Source of the DNA: Polaromonas sp.
GTDB lineage: Bacteria > Pseudomonadota > Gammaproteobacteria > Burkholderiales > Burkholderiaceae_C
NCBI GenBank assembly: GCA_013298945.1
Contig: JAAFJR010000008.1
Location: forward strand, 17,293-81,292
Direction of reading: 5' to 3'
DNA length: 64,000 nt
The position numbers and the translations under genes are program-made. Below, one piece after another: positions 20,230 through 29,564 of this stretch; within the stretch, counting starts at the first letter, position 1, and each line of letters opens with the position of its first letter. The notes under the pieces were generated by a model. It was not told where the DNA came from. It searched no databases and saw only the letters and a program-made list of their open reading frames with translations.

Positions 20230-20964
20230 TCATCTAAGCTGTACTGAACCATTAACCGTGACAGAGACCGTACTTTTCCCTGCTTCAACAGGCACTGAAA
20301 CGTCTGAAGTCGCCATTTTCATTGATACTTCTGCCATCCGCGGCCGGGGCATATAAGCTTGGTCACCAGCACTAACCGTTACTTCGCGTACAGTATAGCT
20401 ACCAAGACCAAAGCTTTTCGCGATATCGGCAGCTTTGGCGCGGAAGCGATCAATGGCCGTATGCTGTGCCTCGGTTTCCACTTTGGCACGCTGCTCGCGG
20501 CTGAGGCTGAACGCGACATTGGCAATCGTTAGGGTCTGAATTTTGCCGGCTGCAGCGCTGATTTTGGCGAAATCGCGCCCCTCTAACACCAGCTCTGTCG
20601 TGCCCTGCCAGCCGTTGATTTTGCCGTCTTTGCCGTAGCGCGGGTAAAGGCTGAAGTTGCCTGTGCGTACATCGAGTTGACCTGAAGCCGCCGTCTTTTT
20701 AGCCTCTATTAACGCGGCATCCAAAGCAGTTTTAAGCTGTGTTTGTACGAGGTTGGCATCAGCCGCTTCACGTGTGGTGCTCATGTTGATGGTCAAAATA
20801 TCTTGCTGCACCTCTACAGCGGCATTGGCGCTGAGTTGAACGATATTTTGCGGCTCTTGATAGCGTTGAGCATCTTGATTTATCTGAGCAAATAAGGCTG
20901 TATTCGGCGTAATTATTGCCTGAATAGCTATAATTTTAATAGCAAATAAAAAATGTTCGTTCAT
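20230..20964 (-). CDS. SIMPL/DUF541-family periplasmic protein
   Basis: LSANAAVEVQQDILTINMSTTREAADANLVQTQLKTALDAAL and C-terminal VSVTVNGSVQL, typical of DUF541. Confidence 0.75.
   Translation of the reverse strand: MNEHFLFAIKIIAIQAIITPNTALFAQINQDAQRYQEPQNIVQLSANAAVEVQQDILTINMSTTREAADANLVQTQLKTALDAALIEAKKTAASGQLDVRTGNFSLYPRYGKDGKINGWQGTTELVLEGRDFAKISAAAGKIQTLTIANVAFSLSREQRAKVETEAQHTAIDRFRAKAADIAKSFGLGSYTVREVTVSAGDQAYMPRPRMAEVSMKMATSDVSVPVEAGKSTVSVTVNGSVQLR
20896..20943 (-). repeat. 48-bp dispersed repeat, copy B (in frame in the SIMPL gene N-terminus)
   Basis: ggctgtattcggcgtaattattgcctgaatagctataattttaatagc. Encodes AIKIIAIQAIITPNTA. CAG variant. Confidence 0.9.
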
Positions 20965-21036
20965 GTTTTTTTACGTTTGGGAGGACTGCTTTTACGCAAT
21001 TTTAAATTGCGGTAAATTGCGTTTAGTTGAATGCGA

Positions 21037-21435
21037 TTACTTTTGACGCAATTGTCTGCGCAGCTCTATCAATTCCTCTTTGGTGAGGTACTTTTCGTTA
21101 ACTTTAGCTGTTGCTGTTTCTACAGGTGCTAAATTTGGTCTGCGTTGATTTTGGTCGTTTGCAAGTGCAGCTTTGGTAGTCGAAGCTGCATTTGCAGTAT
21201 TTGCAGTATTTGCAGTATTTGCAGTATTTGCAGTATTTTTGGCCTGAGCTTGTGCTTGGGCTAATTCAATGCGCTCAGTATTTCGCGCATGAAAATCCAC
21301 CACTTTAGCGGCAATCCATTCTGGGTAAAGCCAATATGGCACCTCCACGCCGGCGCGGCTGGGCAGTGGCAAGCATGCTGCCAAACATAAGCCAAGCTGA
21401 ATGCCAAATTGACGGTGAGTGCTATGAATTTTCAT
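21037..21435 (-). CDS. hypothetical secreted protein with an NTA tandem repeat
   Basis: Start MKIHSTHRQFGIQLGLCLAACLPLPSRAG looks like a signal peptide. I recognised no family. Confidence 0.5.
   Translation of the reverse strand: MKIHSTHRQFGIQLGLCLAACLPLPSRAGVEVPYWLYPEWIAAKVVDFHARNTERIELAQAQAQAKNTANTANTANTANTANAASTTKAALANDQNQRRPNLAPVETATAKVNEKYLTKEELIELRRQLRQK
21191..21235. repeat. 9-bp tandem repeat x5 (tttgcagta)
   Basis: Five perfect head-to-tail units read directly from the sequence. In frame, encoding (NTA)5. Confidence 0.95.
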
Positions 21436-21642
21436 AAAATTGATAACGTCAACTGTAATGGATTGGTGCACCAAACATCAGCGTGTGGCAAAAAAACTAT
21501 ATGCACGATTTCGCAAGAGTTGTAAGAATTTGTCAAACTAAGCCCTTAAAGACTTGAAGCTTTGGATTTAGGCTGCAAAATACGAATTTGTAAATGTAAC
21601 AGCGTTTTTTAATTTTCAAGCAACATATATGTCAGGCGCACT

Positions 21643-22389
21643 ATGAACCAAACAACCACCCAAACCACTCGCATCTTGGTCGTTGACGACGACACGCGTA
21701 TCCGTGATTTATTGCGCCGCTACTTGACGCAAGAAGGTTTCGACGTGATTTTGGCGGAAGACGGCAAGGCCATGGACAGGTTTATGCAGCGCGATGCCAT
21801 TGACCTGATCGTGCTCGACTTGATGATGCCCGGAGAAGACGGTCTGTCGATTTGCCGCCGTTTGCGCTCCGCGAACAACCGCATCCCTATCATCATGTTG
21901 ACAGCCAAGAGTGAAGATGTGGACCGCATTGTGGGCTTAGAAGTGGGCGCTGATGATTACTTGAGTAAGCCTTTCAACCCACGCGAGCTGTTGGCTCGTA
22001 TCCACGCCGTGCTGCGCCGCCGCCCTGCGACCGAAGCGCCAGGCGCACCGTCAAACGACGACACGCCGGTGCGTTTTGGCGACTACTTGTTTGATATGGC
22101 AGCCCGTAGTTTGACTAAAAATGGTGAAGATTTGCCACTCACCACCGGTGAATTTGCGATGCTGAAAACACTGGTTCGCCATCCACGCATTCCTATGTCG
22201 CGCGACAAACTGGCACAACTGGCGCGTGGACGCGAGTTCGAAGCTTTTGATCGTAGCTTGGATGTTCAAATCTCTCGTCTGCGCAAACTCATTGAAATTG
22301 ACCCGGCTAAGCCGCGCCACATTCAAACCGTCTGGGGTGTAGGCTACGTGTTTGTGCCCGATACTGAGCAATCAACTTCAGCTCACTAA
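21643..22389 (+). CDS. ompR: OmpR-family response regulator
   Basis: REC domain plus winged-helix Trans_reg_C domain (IQTVWGVGYVFVPD). Followed by an EnvZ-like kinase. Confidence 0.85.
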   Translation: MNQTTTQTTRILVVDDDTRIRDLLRRYLTQEGFDVILAEDGKAMDRFMQRDAIDLIVLDLMMPGEDGLSICRRLRSANNRIPIIMLTAKSEDVDRIVGLEVGADDYLSKPFNPRELLARIHAVLRRRPATEAPGAPSNDDTPVRFGDYLFDMAARSLTKNGEDLPLTTGEFAMLKTLVRHPRIPMSRDKLAQLARGREFEAFDRSLDVQISRLRKLIEIDPAKPRHIQTVWGVGYVFVPDTEQSTSAH

Positions 22390-22436
22390 ATCAACTTCAA
22401 AGCGCCGCAAAACGCACCCCAGCTGTGTCACGGATT

Positions 22437-22470
22437 GGCTTAAACTTAGGTCAGTACCTAAGTTTAAGCC
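22437..22470 (+). promoter_or_regulatory. perfect 14-bp stem / 6-nt loop hairpin abutting the envZ start codon
   Basis: ggcttaaacttagg tcagta cctaagtttaagcc, immediately followed by ATG at 22471. Confidence 0.6.
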
Positions 22471-24021
22471 ATGAAATTACGCCACCTCCTCCAAATTAGC
22501 CTGTTCTGGCGCACGTTTGTGCTGCTGGTGCTGCTGATTTTGGCATCTTCACTGGTTTGGTACATCAGCTTCAAGGCGCTGGAATATGAGTCACGCGCGC
22601 AACTAGCCGCTCGTCAAATCAGTTCAGCGGTCAATTTAACGCGTAGTTCCTTGGTGCATGCTGATGCCATTTACCGAACGGCGCTGATCAAAAACATCTC
22701 TGACCAAGAGGGCTTGTACATTCGACCTCGCGAGCCTGAGGACAAAATATCCACGTATGCTGTCGACAGCTATCGGCAGCTTTTAGAGCTAGAACTGAGA
22801 AAGCGTTTGGGTGCTGACACCATTGTGTCGGACCGCGTCAACGGCGTCCCTGGTTTGTGGATCAGCTTTGCAATTCAGGGCGATCCGTATTGGCTGCAAA
22901 CTGACATGGTGCGTATTGAGCCTGTCAATAGCGAGGCTTGGCTGTATTGGGTTGCTTTGGCGATTGGCATGTCACTGCTGGGCTCGCTGGTGATTGGCGG
23001 TTTGCTGAATCGACCACTTAAGCATTTATCACTCGCCACCAATCACGTACGTTTAGGCAACTTTGAGCGTGTCAAACTGAACGAGAACGTATTCACCACC
23101 GAAATCCATCAAGTTAACCGCGGCTTCAACAAAATGACGGCGCAATTGTCTAAAGTTGAGAGTGACCGAATTGTCATGCTAGCAGGTATATCGCACGACT
23201 TACGCACACCGTTGGCGAGATTGCGCTTAGAAACTGAGCTGAGTGTTGCCGACAGCGATGCCCGCCATGAAATGAGCCAAGATATTGAGCAAATCAATGC
23301 CATATTAGGTAAGTTTTTAGACTATGCGCGACCGCATGAGTCGAAGCTGCAAGCCGTTAATTTGATTAATGTGGTTTCTGCGGCGGCGAATTCCGTGAAT
23401 ATCACTGCCAAAGACGCGCAAGACATTGTTGTTTCGTACCGCATTGCCCCAGATTTGCAAGTGATGGCGGACGCTGTAGAGTTACAGCGCGTGCTCACCA
23501 ATTTGCTAGAGAACGCTCGTCGCTACGGCAAATCAACCATTTACCCTGCGCACATGCTAGAAACCAAGCATTTACCTCAGACATTACCTGTGCCGCAAAA
23601 CGCTGCGTATGCAGAGCACGACGAAGCTTGGTCACCCACGCGCCTGTTTGAAGAACCAGTTGAGATTGCCAAAGTGGATATCGATGCCAGCATTCAAGGC
23701 GACAGAGTACTTCTGACAGTGCGTGACCACGGTGCAGGCGTGTCGCCGGACGTGCTGAACCAGTTGAACGTGCCGTTCTTCAGAGCCAACGAAGCCCGCA
23801 GCAATGTGACCGGAACGGGTTTGGGTTTAGCGATTGTCGAAAAAGCCGTGCAAGGTATGCAGGGTAAACTCAGCCTGAGCAACTGGGGTACACCGCATTT
23901 TCTTGCAAGCAACGACCCAGCCGTGCCAAACAAACGCACCGCCGACCAAGATGGCGGTTTCATGGCAGAAATCAGCTTGATGCGTCCCGCCTACAAATTA
24001 GCAGCGCAAAAAGAAGTTTGA
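22471..24021 (+). CDS. envZ: EnvZ-like sensor histidine kinase
   Basis: Two TM helices, HAMP domain, H-box GISHDLRTPLARLRL, and N/G boxes (LLENARRYG, GTGLGLAIV). Confidence 0.8.
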   Translation: MKLRHLLQISLFWRTFVLLVLLILASSLVWYISFKALEYESRAQLAARQISSAVNLTRSSLVHADAIYRTALIKNISDQEGLYIRPREPEDKISTYAVDSYRQLLELELRKRLGADTIVSDRVNGVPGLWISFAIQGDPYWLQTDMVRIEPVNSEAWLYWVALAIGMSLLGSLVIGGLLNRPLKHLSLATNHVRLGNFERVKLNENVFTTEIHQVNRGFNKMTAQLSKVESDRIVMLAGISHDLRTPLARLRLETELSVADSDARHEMSQDIEQINAILGKFLDYARPHESKLQAVNLINVVSAAANSVNITAKDAQDIVVSYRIAPDLQVMADAVELQRVLTNLLENARRYGKSTIYPAHMLETKHLPQTLPVPQNAAYAEHDEAWSPTRLFEEPVEIAKVDIDASIQGDRVLLTVRDHGAGVSPDVLNQLNVPFFRANEARSNVTGTGLGLAIVEKAVQGMQGKLSLSNWGTPHFLASNDPAVPNKRTADQDGGFMAEISLMRPAYKLAAQKEV

Positions 24022-24037
24022 TTCGGCTGTCAAAAGT

Positions 24038-24520
24038 TTAGCTGTCCACATTCAACAGCACCACAGCTCGGGCTTCCATACTTTTCAGCTCGCCCACGGG
24101 GCCCAAATTCTCAGCCGTTTTGGCTTTGACATTGACTTGCGACACGGTGATGCCCAATGCCGCAGCAATCCGCTCACGCATCTCGTTGATATACGGCGCA
24201 AGCTTGGGTGCTTGGGCAATCACTGTGCTGTCGATGTTGATGATGCTGTAGCCCTTGGCTTCAATCTGCTGCCCCGTGAGTTTCAACAGCACCCAAGAAT
24301 CCGCATCTTTGAAGTCGGCACTCGTATCAGGAAAATGCCTGCCAATATCGCCCAAACTTGCCGCGCCCAACAGCGCATCCGTTATCGCATGTAGTAGCAC
24401 ATCAGCATCCGAATGCCCCAGCAAACCCGTCGAATGCGGAATTTCCACCCCGCCAATGATGAGCTTGCGCCCAGCCACCAGCGCATGCACGTCCCAGCCC
24501 TCACCAATACGAATATTCAT
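24038..24520 (-). CDS. ispF: 2-C-methyl-D-erythritol 2,4-cyclodiphosphate synthase
   Basis: [51 protein letters not shown]. The start could alternatively be at 24535. Confidence 0.9.
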   Translation of the reverse strand: MNIRIGEGWDVHALVAGRKLIIGGVEIPHSTGLLGHSDADVLLHAITDALLGAASLGDIGRHFPDTSADFKDADSWVLLKLTGQQIEAKGYSIINIDSTVIAQAPKLAPYINEMRERIAAALGITVSQVNVKAKTAENLGPVGELKSMEARAVVLLNVDS

Positions 24521-24567
24521 AGCAAAATCCGTCATTCCCGCGAAGGCAGGAATCCACAGCCTTAAGT

Positions 24568-25935
24568 TTAACCCTGACCATGCCCCTTGGCTGCCAAAGC
24601 ACGCAACTTGTCCTTTTTACTCGGGCGCTTGCCCTTGATGCCACCATTTTTCGGATGATTCGGCGATTTCAGGCTTTCTTCTGTGCTTGCGTCTTGATTG
24701 ACAACAGCCGGTTTCAACGGCGGTAGCACAATTTCAGGCTCAAAGCCTTCCATCTGCTCACGAATCAAATTCAGCCCTTGGCGTTTTTCAATCAACCTGA
24801 AATGCGCTTCCGTCTCCGCACTCACAAAGCTGATCGCCACCCCGCTCTCACCCGCGCGACCGGTGCGGCCAATGCGGTGGATGTAGTCCACGCTGGAACG
24901 TGGCAGGTCGTAGTTCACCACGGCAGCCAAGTTGGCGATGTCGATGCCACGCGCGGCGACGTCTGTCGCCACCACCACCTGCCACTTCTTCGCCTTAAAG
25001 TCCGCCAGCGTCTGCGTACGATTTCCTTGGCTCAACTCACCGTGAAAAGGAACTGCATTCATCCCTGCGTTGTATAGCTTGGTTGCTACTAATTCTGCAG
25101 CGTACTTGGTCGCCACGAAAACCAGCACTTGGTCCCAATCGCTGGTTTCCACCAATTTTTTCAACAACATGGTGCGGCGTTTTGGGTCAACCTGAATCGC
25201 ACGTTGCAAAATAATGGGGTCGTTAGCTGCGGTTGATTCAACTTCAATCCGCACTGGGTCACGCAACAGCGTGTCCGCCAAGGCCTGCACGTCTTTAGGA
25301 AACGTCGCTGAAAAGAACAAGCTTTGGCGTTTTTCAGGTAACAAAGCCAAAATTGCAGCCAGCTCCTCGGCAAATCCACCGGTACGAATCGCGCCACCCG
25401 CCGAAGGATTGCCACCCATGTCGAGCAGCCTATCCGCTTCGTCAAGCACCAGCATCTGCACCGAGCCCAGTTTAAGTGCGTTGTGCGCCACCAAATCCAG
25501 CAAACGCCCTGGCGTGGCGACCACAATGTCCGCCCCGCCGCGCAAATTCATCATCTGCGGGTTGATGGAGACACCGCCAAACAGCACGGCAACTTTGAGT
25601 TGCATGGGCAAATGCTGCGCCAAACTGCGAATCGCCTCACCGGTTTGCGCCGCAAGCTCACGCGTTGGTACCAAAATCAAGGCTGATGTGTACCTCCCAG
25701 CATGGCGCACGCTGCGGGCCTTGCCTTCTTGCTGTGCCAACAGCTGCTGCAACAGCGGCAAACAAAACGCCGCCGTTTTACCAGAGCCCGTTTGCGCTGA
25801 GCCTAAAACGTCTTTACCCGCCAAAACCGCAGGAATCGCTTCGGTTTGAATGGCAGTGGGCACTTCGTAGCCTTGCAGCTTGACGGCGTTGAGGATGGCG
25901 GGCGACAAGCCCAGAGTGTCAAATGTAGATATCAT
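24568..25935 (-). CDS. rhlE: DEAD-box ATP-dependent RNA helicase (RhlE-like)
   Basis: Q-motif, [15 protein letters not shown] and [10 protein letters not shown] motifs, with a basic C-terminal tail. The start could alternatively be at 25956. Confidence 0.85.
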   Translation of the reverse strand: MISTFDTLGLSPAILNAVKLQGYEVPTAIQTEAIPAVLAGKDVLGSAQTGSGKTAAFCLPLLQQLLAQQEGKARSVRHAGRYTSALILVPTRELAAQTGEAIRSLAQHLPMQLKVAVLFGGVSINPQMMNLRGGADIVVATPGRLLDLVAHNALKLGSVQMLVLDEADRLLDMGGNPSAGGAIRTGGFAEELAAILALLPEKRQSLFFSATFPKDVQALADTLLRDPVRIEVESTAANDPIILQRAIQVDPKRRTMLLKKLVETSDWDQVLVFVATKYAAELVATKLYNAGMNAVPFHGELSQGNRTQTLADFKAKKWQVVVATDVAARGIDIANLAAVVNYDLPRSSVDYIHRIGRTGRAGESGVAISFVSAETEAHFRLIEKRQGLNLIREQMEGFEPEIVLPPLKPAVVNQDASTEESLKSPNHPKNGGIKGKRPSKKDKLRALAAKGHGQG

Positions 25936-25990
25936 TCGCCCATTGTAACCGCTCAAATACGTAAAAACCCGTATTTAGACCCTAAAATAT

Positions 25991-26038
25991 GACTCTAGCC
26001 AGCGTATTTGCTGCCTGAACAGCTATTATATTTATAGC
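25991..26038 (-). repeat. 48-bp dispersed repeat, copy C (intergenic)
   Basis: gactctagccagcgtatttgctgcctgaacagctattatatttatagc. The only intergenic copy with CAG. Confidence 0.9.
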
Positions 26039-26054
26039 AAATTCAACGCCGCAT

Positions 26055-26816
26055 TTACGTCTTATAGCTCTCGTCCATCCGATCCAATTTGCGCAGCAAG
26101 GCAGGCCAAGCCAGTGCTGCGCCCTGCCCAGCAGTGGCTACTTTCATGATGCCCAAGTTCGCGTCGCACACCGCTTGCGGAATCAAATTCAAGGGTCCAC
26201 CCGCAGCTTGGGCGTCGATTTGGATGCGGCAGCTGTTCTCGAACGTGTACATATGCAAAAACGCGTCTTGAATCGTCTTGCCCACGGTCAAGAGGCCGTG
26301 GTTACGCAAAATCAGGTAATTGGCTTTGCCCAGATTGGCTTGCAGGCGCGGTTTTTCAGCGGCGTTCAGCGCCACGCCTTCGTAATCGTGGTAGGCCAAA
26401 GAAGCTAAAACAAAAGTCGATTGCTGGCTGAGCGGCAGCAAACCGCCCTTTTGCGCACTCACTGCAATGCCCGCCCGCGTGTGTGTGTGCAGCACGCAGC
26501 CAGCGTCTTCTCGCACTTCGTGCACACAGCTGTGAATCGTGAAACCTGCAGGATTCACGGGGTACGCAGATTCGCTCAATTTGTTGCAATTCAGGTCGAT
26601 TTTCACCAAACTGGACGCGGTGATTTCGTCAAACATCAGCCCATACGGGTTGATCAAAAAGTGATGCTCAGGTCCTGGAATGCGCGCACTCACATGCGTG
26701 AACACCAAATCGCTCCAGCCATAAGCGGCTATCAACCGGTAGCAAGCCGCCAAATCAACGCGCAATTGCCATTCTTCGGCGCTAACTTTGTCTTTGAGAG
26801 AGGGAATGTTCAACAT
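26055..26816 (-). CDS. class II aldolase/adducin-family protein
   Basis: GFTIHSCVHEVREDAGCVLHTHTRAGIAVS and LILRNHGLLTVG motifs. Confidence 0.8.
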   Translation of the reverse strand: MLNIPSLKDKVSAEEWQLRVDLAACYRLIAAYGWSDLVFTHVSARIPGPEHHFLINPYGLMFDEITASSLVKIDLNCNKLSESAYPVNPAGFTIHSCVHEVREDAGCVLHTHTRAGIAVSAQKGGLLPLSQQSTFVLASLAYHDYEGVALNAAEKPRLQANLGKANYLILRNHGLLTVGKTIQDAFLHMYTFENSCRIQIDAQAAGGPLNLIPQAVCDANLGIMKVATAGQGAALAWPALLRKLDRMDESYKT

Positions 26817-26846
26817 AGATTTTCCTTAATTCTTTTATCTTTACGC

Positions 26847-27458
26847 TTAGGCTTTATCAATAGCCGCTTTGTACACCGAATTCTTGGGCGACGCCATCAG
26901 CCGGCGCAGCATAGGCTCAAAGGTGCTGATGGGGTAAATCTCGCCTTGGGGGTCAAACGCGGGGTTGTCAAACAGTTCGACAAACTCAGCTGCACGGTCG
27001 TAATACGGGTTGCTTGTGAACATGTCGCGCATATCGCGGTTCAGGCCGATGTAGTGAAAGAAGTTGTAGCCCTGAAAAATCCCGTGGTTTTGCACCATCC
27101 ACAAGTTTGCCTCAGAGACAAAGGGCTTCAAAATGGCCGCTGCAATGTCTGGGTGGTTGAACGACCCCAGCGTGTCGCCAATGTCGTGCAGCAGCGCACA
27201 GCACACATATTCCTCATCCCGCCCCGCCTTCAGCGCCAAGGTCGCAGTTTGCAGGCAATGGCTGTAGCGGTCTATCGGGAAGCCGCCAAAGTCGCCATCC
27301 AGCAGCTTCAGGTGCTCTAAAACGCGATCCGGCAATGATTTCGCCATCTTCATCGCCTCAGGCACTATCAAACCCATCCAATCGGCTTGGGTACTGTCTT
27401 GCATGCGGGTGAAGGTGGCGCGGGCGCTTGATGTGTCGGACATGGCTTGTTTCTTCAA
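26847..27458 (-). CDS. HD-domain protein (PhnZ/MIOX-like subgroup is possible)
   Basis: HCLQTATLA...ALLHDIGD HD-type metal ligands. The subgroup assignment is by resemblance only. Confidence 0.6.
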   Translation of the reverse strand: MKKQAMSDTSSARATFTRMQDSTQADWMGLIVPEAMKMAKSLPDRVLEHLKLLDGDFGGFPIDRYSHCLQTATLALKAGRDEEYVCCALLHDIGDTLGSFNHPDIAAAILKPFVSEANLWMVQNHGIFQGYNFFHYIGLNRDMRDMFTSNPYYDRAAEFVELFDNPAFDPQGEIYPISTFEPMLRRLMASPKNSVYKAAIDKA

Positions 27459-27602
27459 TAAAATTTAAATGATGCCACCAGTGTCGCCTAAGCACAAACT
27501 TGGCGCTGTCACATTGGGCGCATGTTTAGGGCTTAGGCTATAGTGAACGTAGGAAACTTTTCCTTGCTTTTTAGTTTAAGTTTTAGCATTGGTACTTTTG
27601 AA

Positions 27603-28691
27603 ATGATCCGTAAATTCTTATTTGGTGCACCTTTATGGAGTTTTGCCGTCCCTATTACCGCTTGCTTGGTGCTAGGCGCGGTTTGGGGTCGCCCGCTGGA
27701 CTGGATGCTACTTCTGTTAGTTGCAACTGCCTTGATAGCAGCCGTTCTCGTGGCCGTACACCATGCCGAAGTCATCGCTCTGCGCGTAGGTGAACCTTTT
27801 GGCACGTTGGTTTTGGCACTAGCTATCACGATCATTGAGGTATCGCTGATCATCTCGCTGATGCTATCAGGCGGCTCGTCAACCCATGCCTTGGCCCGCG
27901 ATACCGTCTACGCCACGGTGATGATCGTTTGCAACGGCACGATTGGGCTGTGCCTGCTGATGGGTGCGCTACGGCACCGCGTGCTCACCTTTCGGGTCGA
28001 AGGCACCACGCCCGCCCTGTCCGTGTTGGCCACCCTCACCGTGTTGACGCTGGTATTGCCTTCGTTCACCTCCACCACATCGGGCCCTACCTTGTCGCCC
28101 GTGCAGCTCGGTTTTGTAGGCTTGGTTTCTCTTACGCTATATGGCGTCTTCGTTTTTGTGCAGACTGTTCGCCACCGCAGCTACTTTCTGCCTACTGACG
28201 TCGCGTCCGACGAGCAGGACGTCGCCCCGCCCTCTGCAGCTGAGGCGTGGATGAGTTTTGCCCTGCTGTTTCTCTGCTTAGTCGCCGTGGTCGGTCTGGC
28301 AAAGGCGCTGGCTCCAAACATCGAAGCTGTGGTCAAGGCCACATCGACACCCAAAGCCGTCATCGGTATCGCCATCGCGCTCATGGTCTTGCTGCCTGAA
28401 ACCTGGGCCGCTGTGCGATCCGCACGGCGCAACCGCATGCAGACCAGTTTCAATTTGGCACTGGGTTCAGCGCTCGCAACCATCGGCTTGACCATCCCAG
28501 CTGTGGCGGCTACATCACTCATTTTGGGGCTGCAACTAGACCTAGGCTTGCCTCCCAAGGAGATGGTGTTACTCATGCTGACGCTTGTAATTTCAGCCAT
28601 GACCCTAGCCGGTGGGCGCTCAACAGTGCTGCAAGGCGCGGTTCATCTAGTTTTGTTCGCAGTCTATATTTTTCTGGCCATAGTTCCCTAA
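27603..28691 (+). CDS. chaA: Ca2+/H+ antiporter (CaCA family, ChaA-like)
   Basis: Two alpha-repeat regions (GEPFGTLVLALAITIIEVSL; LPETWAAVRSA) and about 11 TM helices. Start chosen at MIRKFLFG. Confidence 0.75.
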   Translation: MIRKFLFGAPLWSFAVPITACLVLGAVWGRPLDWMLLLLVATALIAAVLVAVHHAEVIALRVGEPFGTLVLALAITIIEVSLIISLMLSGGSSTHALARDTVYATVMIVCNGTIGLCLLMGALRHRVLTFRVEGTTPALSVLATLTVLTLVLPSFTSTTSGPTLSPVQLGFVGLVSLTLYGVFVFVQTVRHRSYFLPTDVASDEQDVAPPSAAEAWMSFALLFLCLVAVVGLAKALAPNIEAVVKATSTPKAVIGIAIALMVLLPETWAAVRSARRNRMQTSFNLALGSALATIGLTIPAVAATSLILGLQLDLGLPPKEMVLLMLTLVISAMTLAGGRSTVLQGAVHLVLFAVYIFLAIVP

Positions 28692-28697
28692 GGCAAC

Positions 28698-29234
28698 ATG
28701 TACACAACCATTCTCGACTTCTGGTTTAAAGAAATCTCCCCCGCCCAGTGGTGGAAGGTAGACCCCGCGTTCGACGCCCTTATCACCAGCCGGTTTGACG
28801 ATATCCACACCCAAGCCACGCAATCCGAGCTGTTTGCTTGGCGTAGCACGCCGCATGGACGCTTGGCTGAAGTTATCGTGCTCGACCAGTTCTCCCGAAA
28901 CATCCATCGTGGTACTCGCCGCGCTTTTGAGGCCGACCCTTTAGCGTTGGCACTGGCGCAAGAAGCCCTTGTAGCGCAAGCTGTTGAAGCACTGACGCAA
29001 GCGGAAGCAACGTTTTTGCTCATGCCCTATATGCACAGCGAATCTAAGCAGATACACGCCGTAGCTGAACCTTTGTTCAAAGCCAACACCGCAGAGGGCA
29101 ACTACAACTTCGAGCTACGCCACAAAGCCATCATCGACCGCTTTGGCCGCTACCCGCACCGCAACGCGATATTGGGGCGAGAATCTACGCCAGAAGAGCT
29201 GGCATTCTTGACTGAACCAGGTTCTAGCTTTTAA
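28698..29234 (+). CDS. DUF924-family protein
   Basis: ILDFWF...WW...D..I..RF....GRLAEVIVLDQFSRNI pattern. Confidence 0.75.
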   Translation: MYTTILDFWFKEISPAQWWKVDPAFDALITSRFDDIHTQATQSELFAWRSTPHGRLAEVIVLDQFSRNIHRGTRRAFEADPLALALAQEALVAQAVEALTQAEATFLLMPYMHSESKQIHAVAEPLFKANTAEGNYNFELRHKAIIDRFGRYPHRNAILGRESTPEELAFLTEPGSSF

Positions 29235-29250
29235 TTTTTAGCATGAAATT

Positions 29251-29298
29251 GACTATAGCCGCTGTATTTATTGCCTAAGCAGCTATGAAATTAATAGC
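29251..29298 (-). repeat. 48-bp dispersed repeat, copy D (intergenic)
   Basis: gactatagccgctgtatttattgcctaagcagctatgaaattaatagc. TAG variant (TAA on this strand). Confidence 0.9.
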
Positions 29299-29325
29299 TA
29301 TTTAAATGACAAATTTAGACTAAAT

Positions 29326-29553
29326 TCAAGGCGAACGATGCAGCCTAGGCGCTGACAGCAGCTGCAAATTCTCATTCACCGCTGCTTCCACGTTTTTGTG
29401 TTTCGCCATCAAGCCACCCACAATCATGGCGGCTTTGAGTTGGTTCAGGTCTTTCACGGTGGGTGCGACTTTGATTTGCGCTATCGCCGCGTCTGTGTTG
29501 CCACTTTTGATGACTGCGAGTACTTTGGTGGCCCATTCGCCGGTTTTTGCCAT
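29326..29553 (-). CDS. small hypothetical protein (75 aa)
   Basis: AAGGA Shine-Dalgarno about 8 nt upstream of the ATG. Lies 12 nt downstream of the tex stop. I recognised no family. Confidence 0.4.
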   Translation of the reverse strand: MAKTGEWATKVLAVIKSGNTDAAIAQIKVAPTVKDLNQLKAAMIVGGLMAKHKNVEAAVNENLQLLSAPRLHRSP

Positions 29554-29564
29554 GGTTTCGTTCC

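Noticed and set aside
21191-21235. The short tandem repeat as a possible CRISPR array
   Set aside because: The units are 9 bp, contiguous and without spacers, and they are in frame in a CDS. No cas genes are present in the window.
24541-24563. ATTCCCGCGAAGGCAGGAAT hairpin between ispF and rhlE, reminiscent of ATTCCC-N8-GGGAAT repeats known from Neisseria
   Set aside because: There is only one copy in the window and the second arm is imperfect (AGGAAT). It is more simply a small intergenic stem-loop. A genome-wide count would be needed to say more.
25214-25849. 211-aa plus-strand ORF and its neighbours antisense to rhlE
   Set aside because: The opposite strand encodes a complete DEAD-box helicase with all motifs. 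The antisense product is Ser/Ala/Cys-rich with no recognisable domain.
26421-27320. 299-aa plus-strand ORF spanning the aldolase and HD-domain genes
   Set aside because: It is antisense to two well-supported genes and crosses their intergenic gap. Its composition is Arg/His/Gln-rich and low in complexity, so it is a shadow ORF.
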